From contig CBDFJQ010000002.1 of NCBI GenBank assembly GCA_965248575.1, positions 3,168,001 through 3,232,000 on the forward strand: a DNA stretch of 64,000 nucleotides. The letters run 5' to 3'. This stretch comes from Planctomycetota bacterium. Its GTDB lineage: Bacteria; Planctomycetota; B15-G4. Each line of letters opens with the position of its first letter. Positions within the stretch are counted from its first letter, which is position 1. Positions 17,736-27,817 of the stretch are shown here, in pieces. The notes below the pieces were generated by a model. The model worked only from the letters and a program-made list of their open reading frames with translations. It was not told the origin of the DNA and ran no database searches. The position numbers and the translations under genes are program-made.

Positions 17736-20700
17736 ATGTCCGATTCATCTCCCGATCCGCACACGTCATCGTCCGGCCGCCGTGGGTCACGGCACGGCGC
17801 TGACAAGCGCTCGCCCCTGTCAACGATCTTTGCCTCGGCCGCGGTGGGGCTGGCAATCTTCGGCGCCGTGCGGTGGCTCGGTTCCGACGACGGTAGCGAG
17901 GCAGGCGGCAGCAGCGGCCTGCAGCCCGGCGACAGCTCATCCGCAGCGGGAACGACCCTGCCCGAGGCCGTGAGCTCACCGGTCCAGGAGCTTCAGCCCA
18001 ACACCAGCTTGGCTGCGACGGGCGAACAAGAAACCGAGCAAGAAGCCCCGCCGCTCCCCGAGTACGAAGCCGTGACCGTGCGCGGCCAACTCATCGTCGA
18101 GGGCGGCGGCGGCATCCCCCCCGACCTGAGCCTGTGCGCCACCTTCCGAACGCCGACGCCGCGCTTCCAAGCCATCTCCATAAACCAGCAGAGCGCGGAC
18201 TATGGTGAGGCCTTTGGAGATGAGGGAACCAGCTTCGACCGCCAGCTGCGCCTCGCCACGCGCACGGTTCCGGATGCCAACGGCTTCTTCGAGATGCCAG
18301 CGGTCCCCGCCAGCGGGGCCTGGCTGCAGGTGGAGGACGACTTCCTCTTCTCTCGTGAGAAGGTCGCGCTGGAGCTGGGCCCGGGCGCTGCGTCGGAGGC
18401 GGAGCTGTTGGTGGTGAAGCTCGAACGCGGAGCCCAGGTCATGGGCCATGTCAGCTTCGACGAGGGCACGCCGCTCGAAGACGCGCGGGTCCGGGCGCGC
18501 AGCAAGATGGACGCCTTCATGATGTTCGACGGCACCCCGGAGATCATCACGGTCTACGGCGAGAAGAGTGCCGCGGACGGGGCCTATCAGCTTGTGCAGG
18601 TTCCGGCGGGCACAATCCTCACGGCGCGCTTCTCCAAAGCGAACTTCGAGGTGACGCACGCCGAGATCCCCGTCCTGTCGCCCGGTGCCACCTACACGCT
18701 GGATGTCGATATGGCGGTGGGCGCCACCATCGGCGGAACCGTCACCGACGCACAGGGCGCACCGCTGGAGGACGTCCGGGTCCTGCTCCAGCCCGCCAAG
18801 ATCGAGATGGCCAACATGGAGGCCATGGACCGGATCGGGGACGAACGCACGCGCACCGACGCCGAGGGGGCGTTCAAGTTCCGCTCGTTGACCGCCGGCA
18901 GCTATCGCCTGCTGCTCGCCTCCGAGGGCTACCTGGTGACGCGTTCGGACGTCATCGAGCTGAACGCCAGCGAGAAGCTGAAGGGTCTCTCACTCGTGGC
19001 CGAATCGGGCCTCAGCATCGCGGGACAGGTGCTGGACCACGATGGCGACCCCATCAGCACGGCCGAGGTGCGTGCCGCCACACCGCCTAGCATGATGAAC
19101 ATGGCGGCCAACATGGACCGGCAGTTGCGCGAGCAGAAGGACGTGGACGCTGAAGGTCGCTTCAGACTGGGCGGCTACGAGGAGGGCAAGCTACGCATCT
19201 GGGTCGACGCGGAGGGGTACATCTCCGGGAAGGTGGATGTTCAGGCCGGTGACACGGAGGTGCTGGTCACCCTGCAAACCACCTGCTCCATGACGGGCAT
19301 CGCCATCACCCTCGAGGATTCCGAACCCCTCACCGACTACATGCTGACCATCTCCCCCGAGGGAGGCCTGTTCGACCTGGCGAACATGATGGACATGCAG
19401 GACACCCTGCAGAACCTGCCGCCGCCGCGCCGCGTGCGCGATGAGGACGGCCAGTTCCGCATCGAAGGCATGGCGCCCGGCAGCTACGACCTCACCCTGA
19501 CCTCCAAGGGCTATGCGCAGACCGTGGTGCAGGGCATCGAGGTGCTGCCCGAGAAGGGCGCCTCGGGCGTGATCCTCTTCGTGCCAGAGGAGGCCAAGCT
19601 CGTGGGCCAGGTGGTGTCGGGGCGAACGGGTGAGCCGCTGGAGGGCGCCGTCATCAGCACCAGCGCTGGCGATGTCATGTCCACCATCACCGACCGCTTG
19701 ACCGGAAACTCTCTGCAAGCCGTGACGGACGACGAAGGCCGCTTCCAGCTGGGAGGGCTTGGCACGGACCCCGTGCCGCTCACGGTGCAGCACCAGGAAT
19801 ACGAGCCGCTGGGCCTGGGTGAACAGCGGCTGCAGGAGGGCGAAGTGCTCGACCTTGGCGTGCTACGCCTCTCGTCGGGGGCCACCGTTTATGGCCACGT
19901 GCGCCAACCCAACGGCGCGCCCTCCGCCGGGGTGACCGTCTTCGCCTCCACCACCACAGGCTCCATCTTCCGCCGCACGGATACCGACGAGAAGGGCGCC
20001 TGGCGCATCCAAGGCCTCTCCCCGGGCTCGTACAACGTGACGCGCATGGACTTCGCCATGGACATCGGCGGCGACGACCCCGCCGGCTTCATGAACGAGA
20101 TGGTGTTCAAGATGGTGACGCTGGAAGCGGATGAGGAGAAGCGCGTGGACCTCGTGGCGGAGTCGGGCGGCGTGACCCTCGAGGGCACGGTGCGCTCCAC
20201 CCTCGGCCCCGAAGCACATGCCATGGTCTGGGCCGTGCGTGAAGACGGCCCCGGCAGCCTGCGCATCGCCACCAGCGACGACAAAGGCCAGTACGCCATC
20301 GACAACCTGCAGCCCGGTGGCTATCTGCTGCAGGTCATGCCCAGCACGGATGTGGTGGCGGGCGCCGGCAGCCAACCCATGGCCCCCGTGAGCCGGGTAA
20401 TCCAGGTGGGCCTGGGCCCGACACAGCGCGAAGACGTCTCCATCCCCGGTGGCAAACTCGTAGGGCGCACGGTGTCCAAGCGATCGGGCGAAGCCCTGAG
20501 CGGCGTGCGCGTGATCATCGAGCGCACCGATGCGAACCGCACGCGCAGCCCGCTCCTGGATGCCGTGGGTGGTCGCGTGGGCGAGACCTACAGCGACGAC
20601 AGCGGCACCTTCCGTTTCGGCCACCTGGCGGATGGCACCTACGCCATCGTCGCCGGCGGGACGAACCTCCTGGGCTCGGGCGACCCCGGCTGGGCCACCA

Positions 20701-21308
20701 CCCGCGTCGACGACCTGACCGTGGCCGAGAATCGCGAGGGCTTCACCCTGGAGGTGGAGCTGGAAGCAGGCGGGTCCATCGCAGGCGTCATCAAGGACAG
20801 CCGCGGCAAGCCGCTCGGGAACATCCCGCTCTGGGCGCGCAACGACCGCACGGGCGAATGGACCAGCGTCATCTCCGAGACCCTCAGCGCCGGCTCAGGG
20901 AATTATGAAGTGAACAGCCTCGAGCCCGGCCCTTGGACCCTCGCCGTGGGCGGGACCTCCCACGCCCTGACCCTCACGCGCACGGTGGACGTGCGCCGAG
21001 AGCACACCGTCGACCTCGACGTGGTGCTGCAGGAGGGCGTTGAGATCTGGCTCGACAGCGACCCCGATCCCGTCGCGGCCGCGAGCGTGCTCATCACCAG
21101 CAGCTGGGGCACAGTGCCCGTGGAACTCTCTTCCGTTGAAGGGCTCATGGGTGGCGAGCGCGACAAGTACAGGAAGCGCCTAGGCCGTCTGCTACCCGGA
21201 AGTTACGACCTGACCGTCTTCCTGCCGGACCAGGAGCCCAAGAAGCACACGCTGACGCTCACGGGTAAGAGCGGCAAGCACACAGTGAAGCTCAGCGACC
21301 TGGAGTAG
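17736..21308 (+). CDS. Large carboxypeptidase-regulatory-like repeat surface protein
   Basis: Many G.V.D..G.PL / TDxEGxF / L.PG.Y.L repeats; N-terminal TM; GGAGG RBS before ATG 17736. Confidence 0.8.
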   Translation: MSDSSPDPHTSSSGRRGSRHGADKRSPLSTIFASAAVGLAIFGAVRWLGSDDGSEAGGSSGLQPGDSSSAAGTTLPEAVSSPVQELQPNTSLAATGEQETEQEAPPLPEYEAVTVRGQLIVEGGGGIPPDLSLCATFRTPTPRFQAISINQQSADYGEAFGDEGTSFDRQLRLATRTVPDANGFFEMPAVPASGAWLQVEDDFLFSREKVALELGPGAASEAELLVVKLERGAQVMGHVSFDEGTPLEDARVRARSKMDAFMMFDGTPEIITVYGEKSAADGAYQLVQVPAGTILTARFSKANFEVTHAEIPVLSPGATYTLDVDMAVGATIGGTVTDAQGAPLEDVRVLLQPAKIEMANMEAMDRIGDERTRTDAEGAFKFRSLTAGSYRLLLASEGYLVTRSDVIELNASEKLKGLSLVAESGLSIAGQVLDHDGDPISTAEVRAATPPSMMNMAANMDRQLREQKDVDAEGRFRLGGYEEGKLRIWVDAEGYISGKVDVQAGDTEVLVTLQTTCSMTGIAITLEDSEPLTDYMLTISPEGGLFDLANMMDMQDTLQNLPPPRRVRDEDGQFRIEGMAPGSYDLTLTSKGYAQTVVQGIEVLPEKGASGVILFVPEEAKLVGQVVSGRTGEPLEGAVISTSAGDVMSTITDRLTGNSLQAVTDDEGRFQLGGLGTDPVPLTVQHQEYEPLGLGEQRLQEGEVLDLGVLRLSSGATVYGHVRQPNGAPSAGVTVFASTTTGSIFRRTDTDEKGAWRIQGLSPGSYNVTRMDFAMDIGGDDPAGFMNEMVFKMVTLEADEEKRVDLVAESGGVTLEGTVRSTLGPEAHAMVWAVREDGPGSLRIATSDDKGQYAIDNLQPGGYLLQVMPSTDVVAGAGSQPMAPVSRVIQVGLGPTQREDVSIPGGKLVGRTVSKRSGEALSGVRVIIERTDANRTRSPLLDAVGGRVGETYSDDSGTFRFGHLADGTYAIVAGGTNLLGSGDPGWATTRVDDLTVAENREGFTLEVELEAGGSIAGVIKDSRGKPLGNIPLWARNDRTGEWTSVISETLSAGSGNYEVNSLEPGPWTLAVGGTSHALTLTRTVDVRREHTVDLDVVLQEGVEIWLDSDPDPVAAASVLITSSWGTVPVELSSVEGLMGGERDKYRKRLGRLLPGSYDLTVFLPDQEPKKHTLTLTGKSGKHTVKLSDLE

Positions 21309-21870
21309 GGGCGTCGCACTCGTCGAGGCCCTGACAGCGACAGTCGGCTTGGCGCTGGACTTCCACGACGTTGCCTCGTCGGTCGAGGTCGATCTGGCAA
21401 CAGGCTTGGAGTCGTTGCTTGATCATCGCCCTCCCGCGCTGGACCCGGGACTTGAACGCGCTGTAGCTCAAACCGAGCAGCAGGGCGGCCGCCTTTTGAC
21501 TCTGGCCCTGCATGTCCGAGAGTTCCACCGCCTCCCGGTACTTGGCAGGCAAGCCCTGCAGGAACTGCGGCAGCCATGAGGCCACCATGGCGTTCGAGTT
21601 GACATCGCTGCGGGCCTCATCCGACACATGGTTGAGGTCGCCGTACGGCTGGCCACCACGCTTGCGGTAGTGGTCGGCAATGGCGTGGCGCGCGACGCCG
21701 TTCGCCCAACGATCCAGTTCGCGCACATTCCCGAGTGCCTCCTGCCTGGTCGTGATCTTGAGCAACGTGTCCTGGAGAATGTCGTCGACAGCATGCGGAT
21801 CCCCCACTCGGCGACCGATGTAGGCTCGCAGTTGTGCCAGCAGGCTTGTCCACATGTCCGTTTCGTTCAT
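21292..21870 (-). CDS. sigZ: ECF RNA polymerase sigma factor, SigZ-like
   Basis: LRAYIGRRV..DDILQDTLLK (region 2), LPAKYREAVEL..GLSYSAFKSRVQRGR (region 4), C-terminal ACCQIDLDRRGNV. Confidence 0.82.
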   Translation of the reverse strand: MNETDMWTSLLAQLRAYIGRRVGDPHAVDDILQDTLLKITTRQEALGNVRELDRWANGVARHAIADHYRKRGGQPYGDLNHVSDEARSDVNSNAMVASWLPQFLQGLPAKYREAVELSDMQGQSQKAAALLLGLSYSAFKSRVQRGRAMIKQRLQACCQIDLDRRGNVVEVQRQADCRCQGLDECDAPTPGR

Positions 21871-21920
21871 GGCTTCATGACGATGTCGCGTTGGCCGGTG
21901 TGCATGCATCAGCAACATCC

Positions 21921-22370
21921 CTAGCAACACACTGACCCAGCGCTGCAAATCTGTCTCCCCTGGTCATCCGTGACCACGAAGATCTCCCACTGATTCCCGT
22001 CCGGATCGCGTACCCAGCCCTTGTCCTGGACAGCGTGGCAGCAGCTCACCTGCTCCTCGATCTCTGGCTGGAGGCCAGCCGCCGCCAAGCGCTCGATCTC
22101 CGAGGAGACCGCTGCGGAGCTCTTGACCTGGATTCCGAAATGGCCGACGGACTTGGAGCCCGCAGAGGACCCGGAAGCCTGTTCCACCAACGCAAGGTTG
22201 AGGGGCGGCTCCTGGGGTTCGAACTTGGCGTAGCCAGGCTTCTGCTTGGCTGGCTCTACCTGCAGCAAGGCGCGGTAGAACTCCACGGAGGCTTCGAGAT
22301 CCCGCACCCGGAGGGCGAAATGAACGCGGGAGATCGTGGCAAAGTCGACGTCAGAGCTTCGGTTCTTCAT
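21921..22370 (-). CDS. ArsI/CadI-family VOC metalloenzyme (putative C-As lyase)
   Basis: RVHFALRV, GYAKFEPQEPPLNLAL, HFGIQV, SCCHAVQDKGWVRDPDGNQWE, terminal CC. Confidence 0.85.
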   Translation of the reverse strand: MKNRSSDVDFATISRVHFALRVRDLEASVEFYRALLQVEPAKQKPGYAKFEPQEPPLNLALVEQASGSSAGSKSVGHFGIQVKSSAAVSSEIERLAAAGLQPEIEEQVSCCHAVQDKGWVRDPDGNQWEIFVVTDDQGRQICSAGSVCC

Positions 22371-22551
22371 GGCGGTCGTGGTTCCTTTCGATCTCTCAGT
22401 CGGGAGGGGCACCGAAAAGACGCACGCTCTTTCGAATCGAGGGGGGCGAGGGCCCCACACACCGGCGTCCCGTTGCCCGCCCTGCGGCTGCGATCCCGAC
22501 CGCCCCCCCTCTACATGACCGATCCCCAGTCGCGTGCTAGGCTTTCACCCT

Positions 22552-23127
22552 ATGAGCGCCCTTGCTATTCGACGTCTCTTCAGCGGCCTACGGGCCCGAT
22601 ATCACGTCTGGAACGGCCGCAGAGCCTACCGGGCGGGACGGCTGAGGGTCGCGGGGGTGCACCTGGACCAGGCCCTGGCCAACGGACACAGCTCCTTCAG
22701 CGCCCATCTGCTGCTGGGCAAGGTGGCCTACCGCGAGCGGGACATGCAGCGGGCCATGGACAACTTCCGGCTGGCGCGGCGGGCCGATGCCGTCCGCTAC
22801 GAGCTGGAGGGCTTCCCCCAGGGCTTCATCGAGTCCCTGGCCAAGCACCCCACCACGCCCCCCCGGCTCCAGTACCGCATCATCATCGAGCCCTCGCAGC
22901 CGAGGCAGCGCAGCGGCTCCCAACGGCCTCTCCAGGCCCAGGACGCCGTGAATGCTGACAACCTGCGCTCCGAGGGCGCGGGATCCGACGACCCGACCCA
23001 GGGCAGCCTCGGGGACTTCAGCAGCCGGGCCGAGAAGGACCAGGCCCGCTCCCGCCCCATGTTCCGCGCCGGTGAGTGGGCGGACATCGATTGGGACGTC
23101 GAGGCCCGCAAGCTCTTCGGCGAGTAG
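22552..23127 (+). CDS. Hypothetical protein with a TPR-like helical pair
   Basis: AHLLLGKVAYRERDMQRAMDNFRLARRAD resembles a TPR; normal coding-like composition. Confidence 0.55.
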   Translation: MSALAIRRLFSGLRARYHVWNGRRAYRAGRLRVAGVHLDQALANGHSSFSAHLLLGKVAYRERDMQRAMDNFRLARRADAVRYELEGFPQGFIESLAKHPTTPPRLQYRIIIEPSQPRQRSGSQRPLQAQDAVNADNLRSEGAGSDDPTQGSLGDFSSRAEKDQARSRPMFRAGEWADIDWDVEARKLFGE

Positions 23128-23207
23128 ACGGCACCCACGTCTGGCGTCGGAGCGCCCTTTCCGCGAAGATCGGCCCCCTTCCGGCCACCTCGCGGAGACC
23201 CCGGCCC

Positions 23208-24323
23208 ATGGCCGTGCCCAGCACCCTGAAACGCACCCCCCTCACGGCTCAGCATGAAGCCGCCGGGGCCCGCCTGGTGGACTTCTCCGGCTACCTCATG
23301 CCCGTGCAGTACGACGGCATCCTCGAGGAAGCCGTGCGCGTGCGTACCAAGGCCGGCCTGTTCGACCTGTGCCACATGGGGCGCTGCCGCATCTCCGGCC
23401 CGCAGGCCGTGGAAGCCTCGCAGTTCCTGGTGCACGTCAACGTGCACAAGATGAAGGAGGGCGCCATCCGCTACTCCTTCTTCGCCCGCGAAGACGGCAC
23501 GACCATGGATGACGTGCTGATCTACAAGGAAGATGACACCGTCTTCTTCTGCATCAACGCCGGCAACCGTGCCCGCGACCTGGAGTGGATGGCCGAGGTG
23601 GTGTCGCGCTACGACGCCACCCTCGAAGACCTCTCCGAAGAACTGGCCATGATCGCCATCCAGGGCCCGGCCTCGGTGAAGACCGTCGCGCCGCTCATGG
23701 GTGTCGACATCGACGACCTGGAAGCCATGAAGTACTACAGCTTCAAGAACGGTCAGGTGGGCGGTGTTCCAGCCATGATCTCACGCACGGGCTACACCGG
23801 CGAAGACGGCTTCGAGATCTACTTCGACGCCGACATGGCCGAGGACCTCTGGCAGTCACTGCTGGAATCGGGTGCGGAGTACGGCGTCACGCCCATCGGC
23901 CTCGCGGCGCGCGACACACTGCGCCTCGAAGCGGGCATGGCGCTCTACGGCCACGAACTGGACGACACCACCAACCCCGTGGAAGCGGGCATCGTGGTCA
24001 AGCCCATCAAGCACCCCCACGACTTCTCTGGCCGCGCGGCCATCGAAGCCATGGTGGAGTCGGGCCCGGGCCGCGTCCTGGTGGGCTTCACCACAGACAG
24101 CGCCCGGGTGCCACGCCAGGGCTACGAACTCGTCACCCTCGACCACACACCGGTCGGCATGGTGGTGAGCGGTTCGCCGTCCCCCACCATGGGCAAGAAC
24201 ATCGGCACCGCCTATGTCGCCAAGGGCCACGACAACCCCGGCGAGCGGTTGGCCATGGACATCCGTGGCAAGCGCCACGAAATCACGCTGCACGCACTAC
24301 CGTTCTATAAGCGCCCGCGCTGA
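23208..24323 (+). CDS. gcvT: Glycine cleavage system aminomethyltransferase T
   Basis: LKRTPL, GLFDLCHMG, SRTGYTGEDGFE, GLAARDTLRLEAG, LPFYKR. Confidence 0.97.
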   Translation: MAVPSTLKRTPLTAQHEAAGARLVDFSGYLMPVQYDGILEEAVRVRTKAGLFDLCHMGRCRISGPQAVEASQFLVHVNVHKMKEGAIRYSFFAREDGTTMDDVLIYKEDDTVFFCINAGNRARDLEWMAEVVSRYDATLEDLSEELAMIAIQGPASVKTVAPLMGVDIDDLEAMKYYSFKNGQVGGVPAMISRTGYTGEDGFEIYFDADMAEDLWQSLLESGAEYGVTPIGLAARDTLRLEAGMALYGHELDDTTNPVEAGIVVKPIKHPHDFSGRAAIEAMVESGPGRVLVGFTTDSARVPRQGYELVTLDHTPVGMVVSGSPSPTMGKNIGTAYVAKGHDNPGERLAMDIRGKRHEITLHALPFYKRPR

Positions 24324-24378
24324 GCCGGGCACTCAACCAACTCACGCAACACGAACTCAATCAGGAGAGTCTGACGGG

Positions 24379-24759
24379 ATGAGCAACCCGAGCGATTTGA
24401 AGTACACCGAGAGCCACGAGTGGGTACGGGTGGAGGGCGACAGCGCCACCATCGGCATCACGTCCCACGCCGCCGAGAGCCTCTCGGACCTCGTCTTCCT
24501 GGAGCTGCCTGAGACTGGCGACAGCCTGTCGGCGGGCGAGAGCTTCGGCGAGATCGAGTCGGTGAAGGCCGTGTCGGAGCTGAAGAGCCCCATCAGCGGC
24601 GAAGTCACCGAAGCGAATACGGCGCTCGAAGACGACCTGACCGTCATCAACAGCGACCCGTACGGCACCGGTTGGATGGTCAAGGTCTCCGTGGGCGACG
24701 TGCCCGCCAACCTGATGGACGTGGCCGCTTATGAAGCCCACGTCGCCGCCGAAGCCTGA
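24379..24759 (+). CDS. gcvH: Glycine cleavage system H protein
   Basis: YTESHEWV, lipoyl motif IESVKAVS, INSDPYGTGW. Confidence 0.97.
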   Translation: MSNPSDLKYTESHEWVRVEGDSATIGITSHAAESLSDLVFLELPETGDSLSAGESFGEIESVKAVSELKSPISGEVTEANTALEDDLTVINSDPYGTGWMVKVSVGDVPANLMDVAAYEAHVAAEA

Positions 24760-24767
24760 GTCTCCAC

Positions 24768-24810
24768 GCGCCCTGTCTCCGCCGCGCGTGCTCGCGGCGG
24801 GGCAGGGTGT
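24768..24810 (+). promoter_or_regulatory. Strong intercistronic stem-loop between gcvH and gcvPA
   Basis: GCGCCCTGTCTCCGCCGCG-cgtgct-CGCGGCGGGGCAGGGTGT pairs over about 18 bp (with G-U pairs and one bulge); no U-tract. Confidence 0.5.
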
Positions 24811-24924
24811 CGCTGCGCCTGGCCCAGCTCTCGGCTAGACAAGCGCGGCACAACGGCGCCAGCCTTCTCCCGGCGGGCCAAACAGCCCACGGGCACACAC
24901 GAGCCAACAACGGAAGCCACCACC

Positions 24925-26265
24925 GTGACGTACGTCCAAAACACCGAGAAGGACCAGGCCGAGATGCTCGCCGCCATGGGGGCGGCCAGCACGGACGAGC
25001 TCTGGAAGGTCATCCCTGACGAGTGCCGCTTCGATGGGCACATGGACGTGGGCCCCGCGCTGACTGAGGACGCCCTGGTGCGCCACATGCGCGAGATCGC
25101 CCAGCGCAACGTGGCTGCCGACGCGCACCCCAGCTTCTTGGGCGCCGGCATCTACCGGCACTTCTGCCCGGCCCTGGTGGACAGCCTCGTGGCACGCACC
25201 GAGTTCTGGACGGCCTACACGCCGTACCAGCCGGAAGCGAGCCAGGGCACCCTCACCACCATCTACGAGTTCCAGACCCTCATGTGCCGCATCACCGGCA
25301 TGGAGGTCTCCAACGCCTCGGTCTATGACGGCGCGACCGCTGTCATTGAAGGCGTCATGTTGGCCCTGCGCACCAAGCGCAAGACGAAGCGCGTCCTGGC
25401 CAGCAAGGGCCTGCACCCCGACACCCTCGCCGTGCTGCGCACCTACCTGCGCCACATCGACGTCGATCTGGTGGAGGTGGACCTCGTGGACGGTGCGACA
25501 CCCGCCAGCGCAATGCAGGGCGAAGAGGTGGCTGCCGTCGCCTTCCAGAGCCCCAACTTCTACGGGGTCATCGAGGACGTGGCCGCCCTCTCGGACGCCG
25601 CCCACGAGCTGGGCGCCCTCTCCGTGGTGTCCGTCGACCCCATCTCGCTCTCGGTGCTCGAGGCGCCCGGCAAGCAGGGCGCGGACGTGGTCTGCGGCGA
25701 AGGCACGCCCATGGGCAACGAGCCCTGGCACGGCGGCCCGGGCTTTGGCTTCCTGTGCAGCAAGATGGAGATGGTGCGCCAGATGCCTGCGCGCATCGCC
25801 GGCGAGACCACAGACCACGACGGCAAACGCGCGGTGGTGCTCACCTTCCAGACGCGCGAGCAACACATCCGCCGCAAGAAGGCCACGAGCAACATCTGCA
25901 CGAGCCAGCAGCTCATGGCCCTGCGCGCCACCATCTGGGCCTCGCTGCTCGGCAAGGAGGGCTTCGCCCAGCTGGGTCGCACCAACCTGAGCCGCGCCCA
26001 CTACGCAGCGCAGGCCATCAGCGCCCTGCCCGGCTGGTCCCTCACCTACCCGGGGCAGTCCTTCTTCAAGGAGTTCTGCCTCACGGCGCCGCTACCTGCT
26101 GCGGAGATCAACCGCCGCCTGATGGACGAGCATCAGCTCATCGGCGGCTACGACCTGGGTCGCCTCGACGACGCCCGCAGCCACGACTGGCTGCTGGCCG
26201 TCACCGATGTGGTGACCCGCGAAGAGATCGACAAGCTCGTCGCCGCCCTTGCAGGGATGGCCTGA
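24925..26265 (+). CDS. gcvPA: Glycine dehydrogenase (decarboxylating) subunit 1
   Basis: FLGAGIY, TAYTPYQPEASQG, SNASVYDGA, TREQHIRRKKATSNIC. Confidence 0.97.
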   Translation: MTYVQNTEKDQAEMLAAMGAASTDELWKVIPDECRFDGHMDVGPALTEDALVRHMREIAQRNVAADAHPSFLGAGIYRHFCPALVDSLVARTEFWTAYTPYQPEASQGTLTTIYEFQTLMCRITGMEVSNASVYDGATAVIEGVMLALRTKRKTKRVLASKGLHPDTLAVLRTYLRHIDVDLVEVDLVDGATPASAMQGEEVAAVAFQSPNFYGVIEDVAALSDAAHELGALSVVSVDPISLSVLEAPGKQGADVVCGEGTPMGNEPWHGGPGFGFLCSKMEMVRQMPARIAGETTDHDGKRAVVLTFQTREQHIRRKKATSNICTSQQLMALRATIWASLLGKEGFAQLGRTNLSRAHYAAQAISALPGWSLTYPGQSFFKEFCLTAPLPAAEINRRLMDEHQLIGGYDLGRLDDARSHDWLLAVTDVVTREEIDKLVAALAGMA

Positions 26266-26266
26266 G

Positions 26267-27817
26267 ATGACCACCACCGACGCGACCACCCCCGACAACC
26301 GGGTGCCGAACATGACCAGCTCCACCTGCTCCGCGAACGCCGTCGACCCGGCCTCGCTGCCTATCACCATCTTCGAGAAGTCGAGTGAAGGCCGCCACGG
26401 CGTGACCGTGCCGCACACCGACGTCCCGGACGTGGACCCGGCGAGCGTGCTGCCTCCATCGGCCGTGCGCGCCGAGACTGCCGAGCTGCCCGAAGTGGGC
26501 GAGCTGGACGTGATGCGCCACTACACGCACCTCTCCACCCTCAACTTCTCCATCGCCAACGCGTTCTATCCGTTGGGCTCGTGCACGATGAAGTACAACC
26601 CGCTCGTGAACGAGAAGGTCGCGGCCCTGCCGGGCTTCGCCGCGCTGCACCCCATGCAGACGGACGACCAGGTGCAGGGGATGCTCGAGCTCTACTGGCG
26701 GCTCGAGAAGCTCCTGTGCGAGATCTCCGGTCTCGACGCTGTGAGCATCCACCCCACGGCGGGCGCCCACGGCGAGCTCACGGCGCTCATGTGCATCCGC
26801 AAGTTCCTCGATGACAAAGGCGAGACCGAGCGCAAGGTCATCTTGATCCCCGACAGTGCCCACGGCACGAACCCCGCTTCCTGCACCATGGCGGGCTTCA
26901 CCACCCGCGAGCTCAAGAGCGATGCGCGCGGCCGCGTGGACATGGATTCGCTGGAGTCAGTGCTCGGGCCCGACGTGGCCGGCCTGATGATCACCAACCC
27001 GTCGACGCTCGGCCTGTTCGAACCGAACATCCAGAAGATCTGCGAGAAGGTGCACGCCGCCGGCGGCCTCGTCTACATGGACGGCGCCAACATGAACGCC
27101 ATCCTGGGCCGCACGCGCCCGGGTGACTTCGGCGTGGACGTGATGCACTTCAACCTGCACAAGACCTTCAGCCAGCCCCACGGCGGCGGCGGCCCGGGTG
27201 CGGGCCCCATCGCGGTGACCTCGGCCCTGGCGCCCTTCCTGCCGGTGCCCAAGGTGGAGCTGGTGGAGGGCAGCGACGCGGATGGCGCTCAGCCAAAGTT
27301 CCGCATCGTGCGCTGCGCCGAGAAGAGCATCGGTACCACGCGCGGTTTCCTGGGCAACTCAGGAGTGGTGGTGCGGTCCTACTCGTACATCCGTTCGCTG
27401 GGCGAGCGCGGGCTGCTGCGTGTCTCCGAGAACGCCGTGCTCAACGCCAACTACATCCGCGTGAGCCTCCAGGACAGCTACCGGGTGTGGGTCAATGAGA
27501 CTTGCATGCACGAGTTCGTGGCCACCGCCAAGGGCCTGCCCAACGGCATCACGGCCACGGACATCGCCAAGCGGCTCATCGACTACGGCATCCACCCGCC
27601 GACCATCTACTTCCCGCTGATCGTGCCCGAGGCGCTCATGATCGAGCCCACGGAGACGGAGTCGAAGGAGACGCTCGACAACTTCATCGCGGCCATGAAG
27701 GCCATCCGCGAGGAGTGCGAGACGGACCCGGAGATGCTCAAGCATGCGCCGTACACCCGGAGCATTGGGCGGCCGGATGAGGTCAAGGCGGTGAAGTCGC
27801 CGCGCGTCGTGGTCTAG
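26267..27817 (+). CDS. gcvPB: Glycine dehydrogenase (decarboxylating) subunit 2
   Basis: YPLGSCTMKYNP, PDSAHGTNPAS, PLP-lysine motif HFNLHKTFSQPHGGGGPG, EPTETESKE. Confidence 0.97.
   Translation: MTTTDATTPDNRVPNMTSSTCSANAVDPASLPITIFEKSSEGRHGVTVPHTDVPDVDPASVLPPSAVRAETAELPEVGELDVMRHYTHLSTLNFSIANAFYPLGSCTMKYNPLVNEKVAALPGFAALHPMQTDDQVQGMLELYWRLEKLLCEISGLDAVSIHPTAGAHGELTALMCIRKFLDDKGETERKVILIPDSAHGTNPASCTMAGFTTRELKSDARGRVDMDSLESVLGPDVAGLMITNPSTLGLFEPNIQKICEKVHAAGGLVYMDGANMNAILGRTRPGDFGVDVMHFNLHKTFSQPHGGGGPGAGPIAVTSALAPFLPVPKVELVEGSDADGAQPKFRIVRCAEKSIGTTRGFLGNSGVVVRSYSYIRSLGERGLLRVSENAVLNANYIRVSLQDSYRVWVNETCMHEFVATAKGLPNGITATDIAKRLIDYGIHPPTIYFPLIVPEALMIEPTETESKETLDNFIAAMKAIREECETDPEMLKHAPYTRSIGRPDEVKAVKSPRVVV

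Noticed and set aside
23128..23207. Glycine riboswitch upstream of gcvT
   Set aside because: The spacer is only 80 nt and lacks the GGAGA/CCGAAG/CTCTCAGG aptamer motifs.
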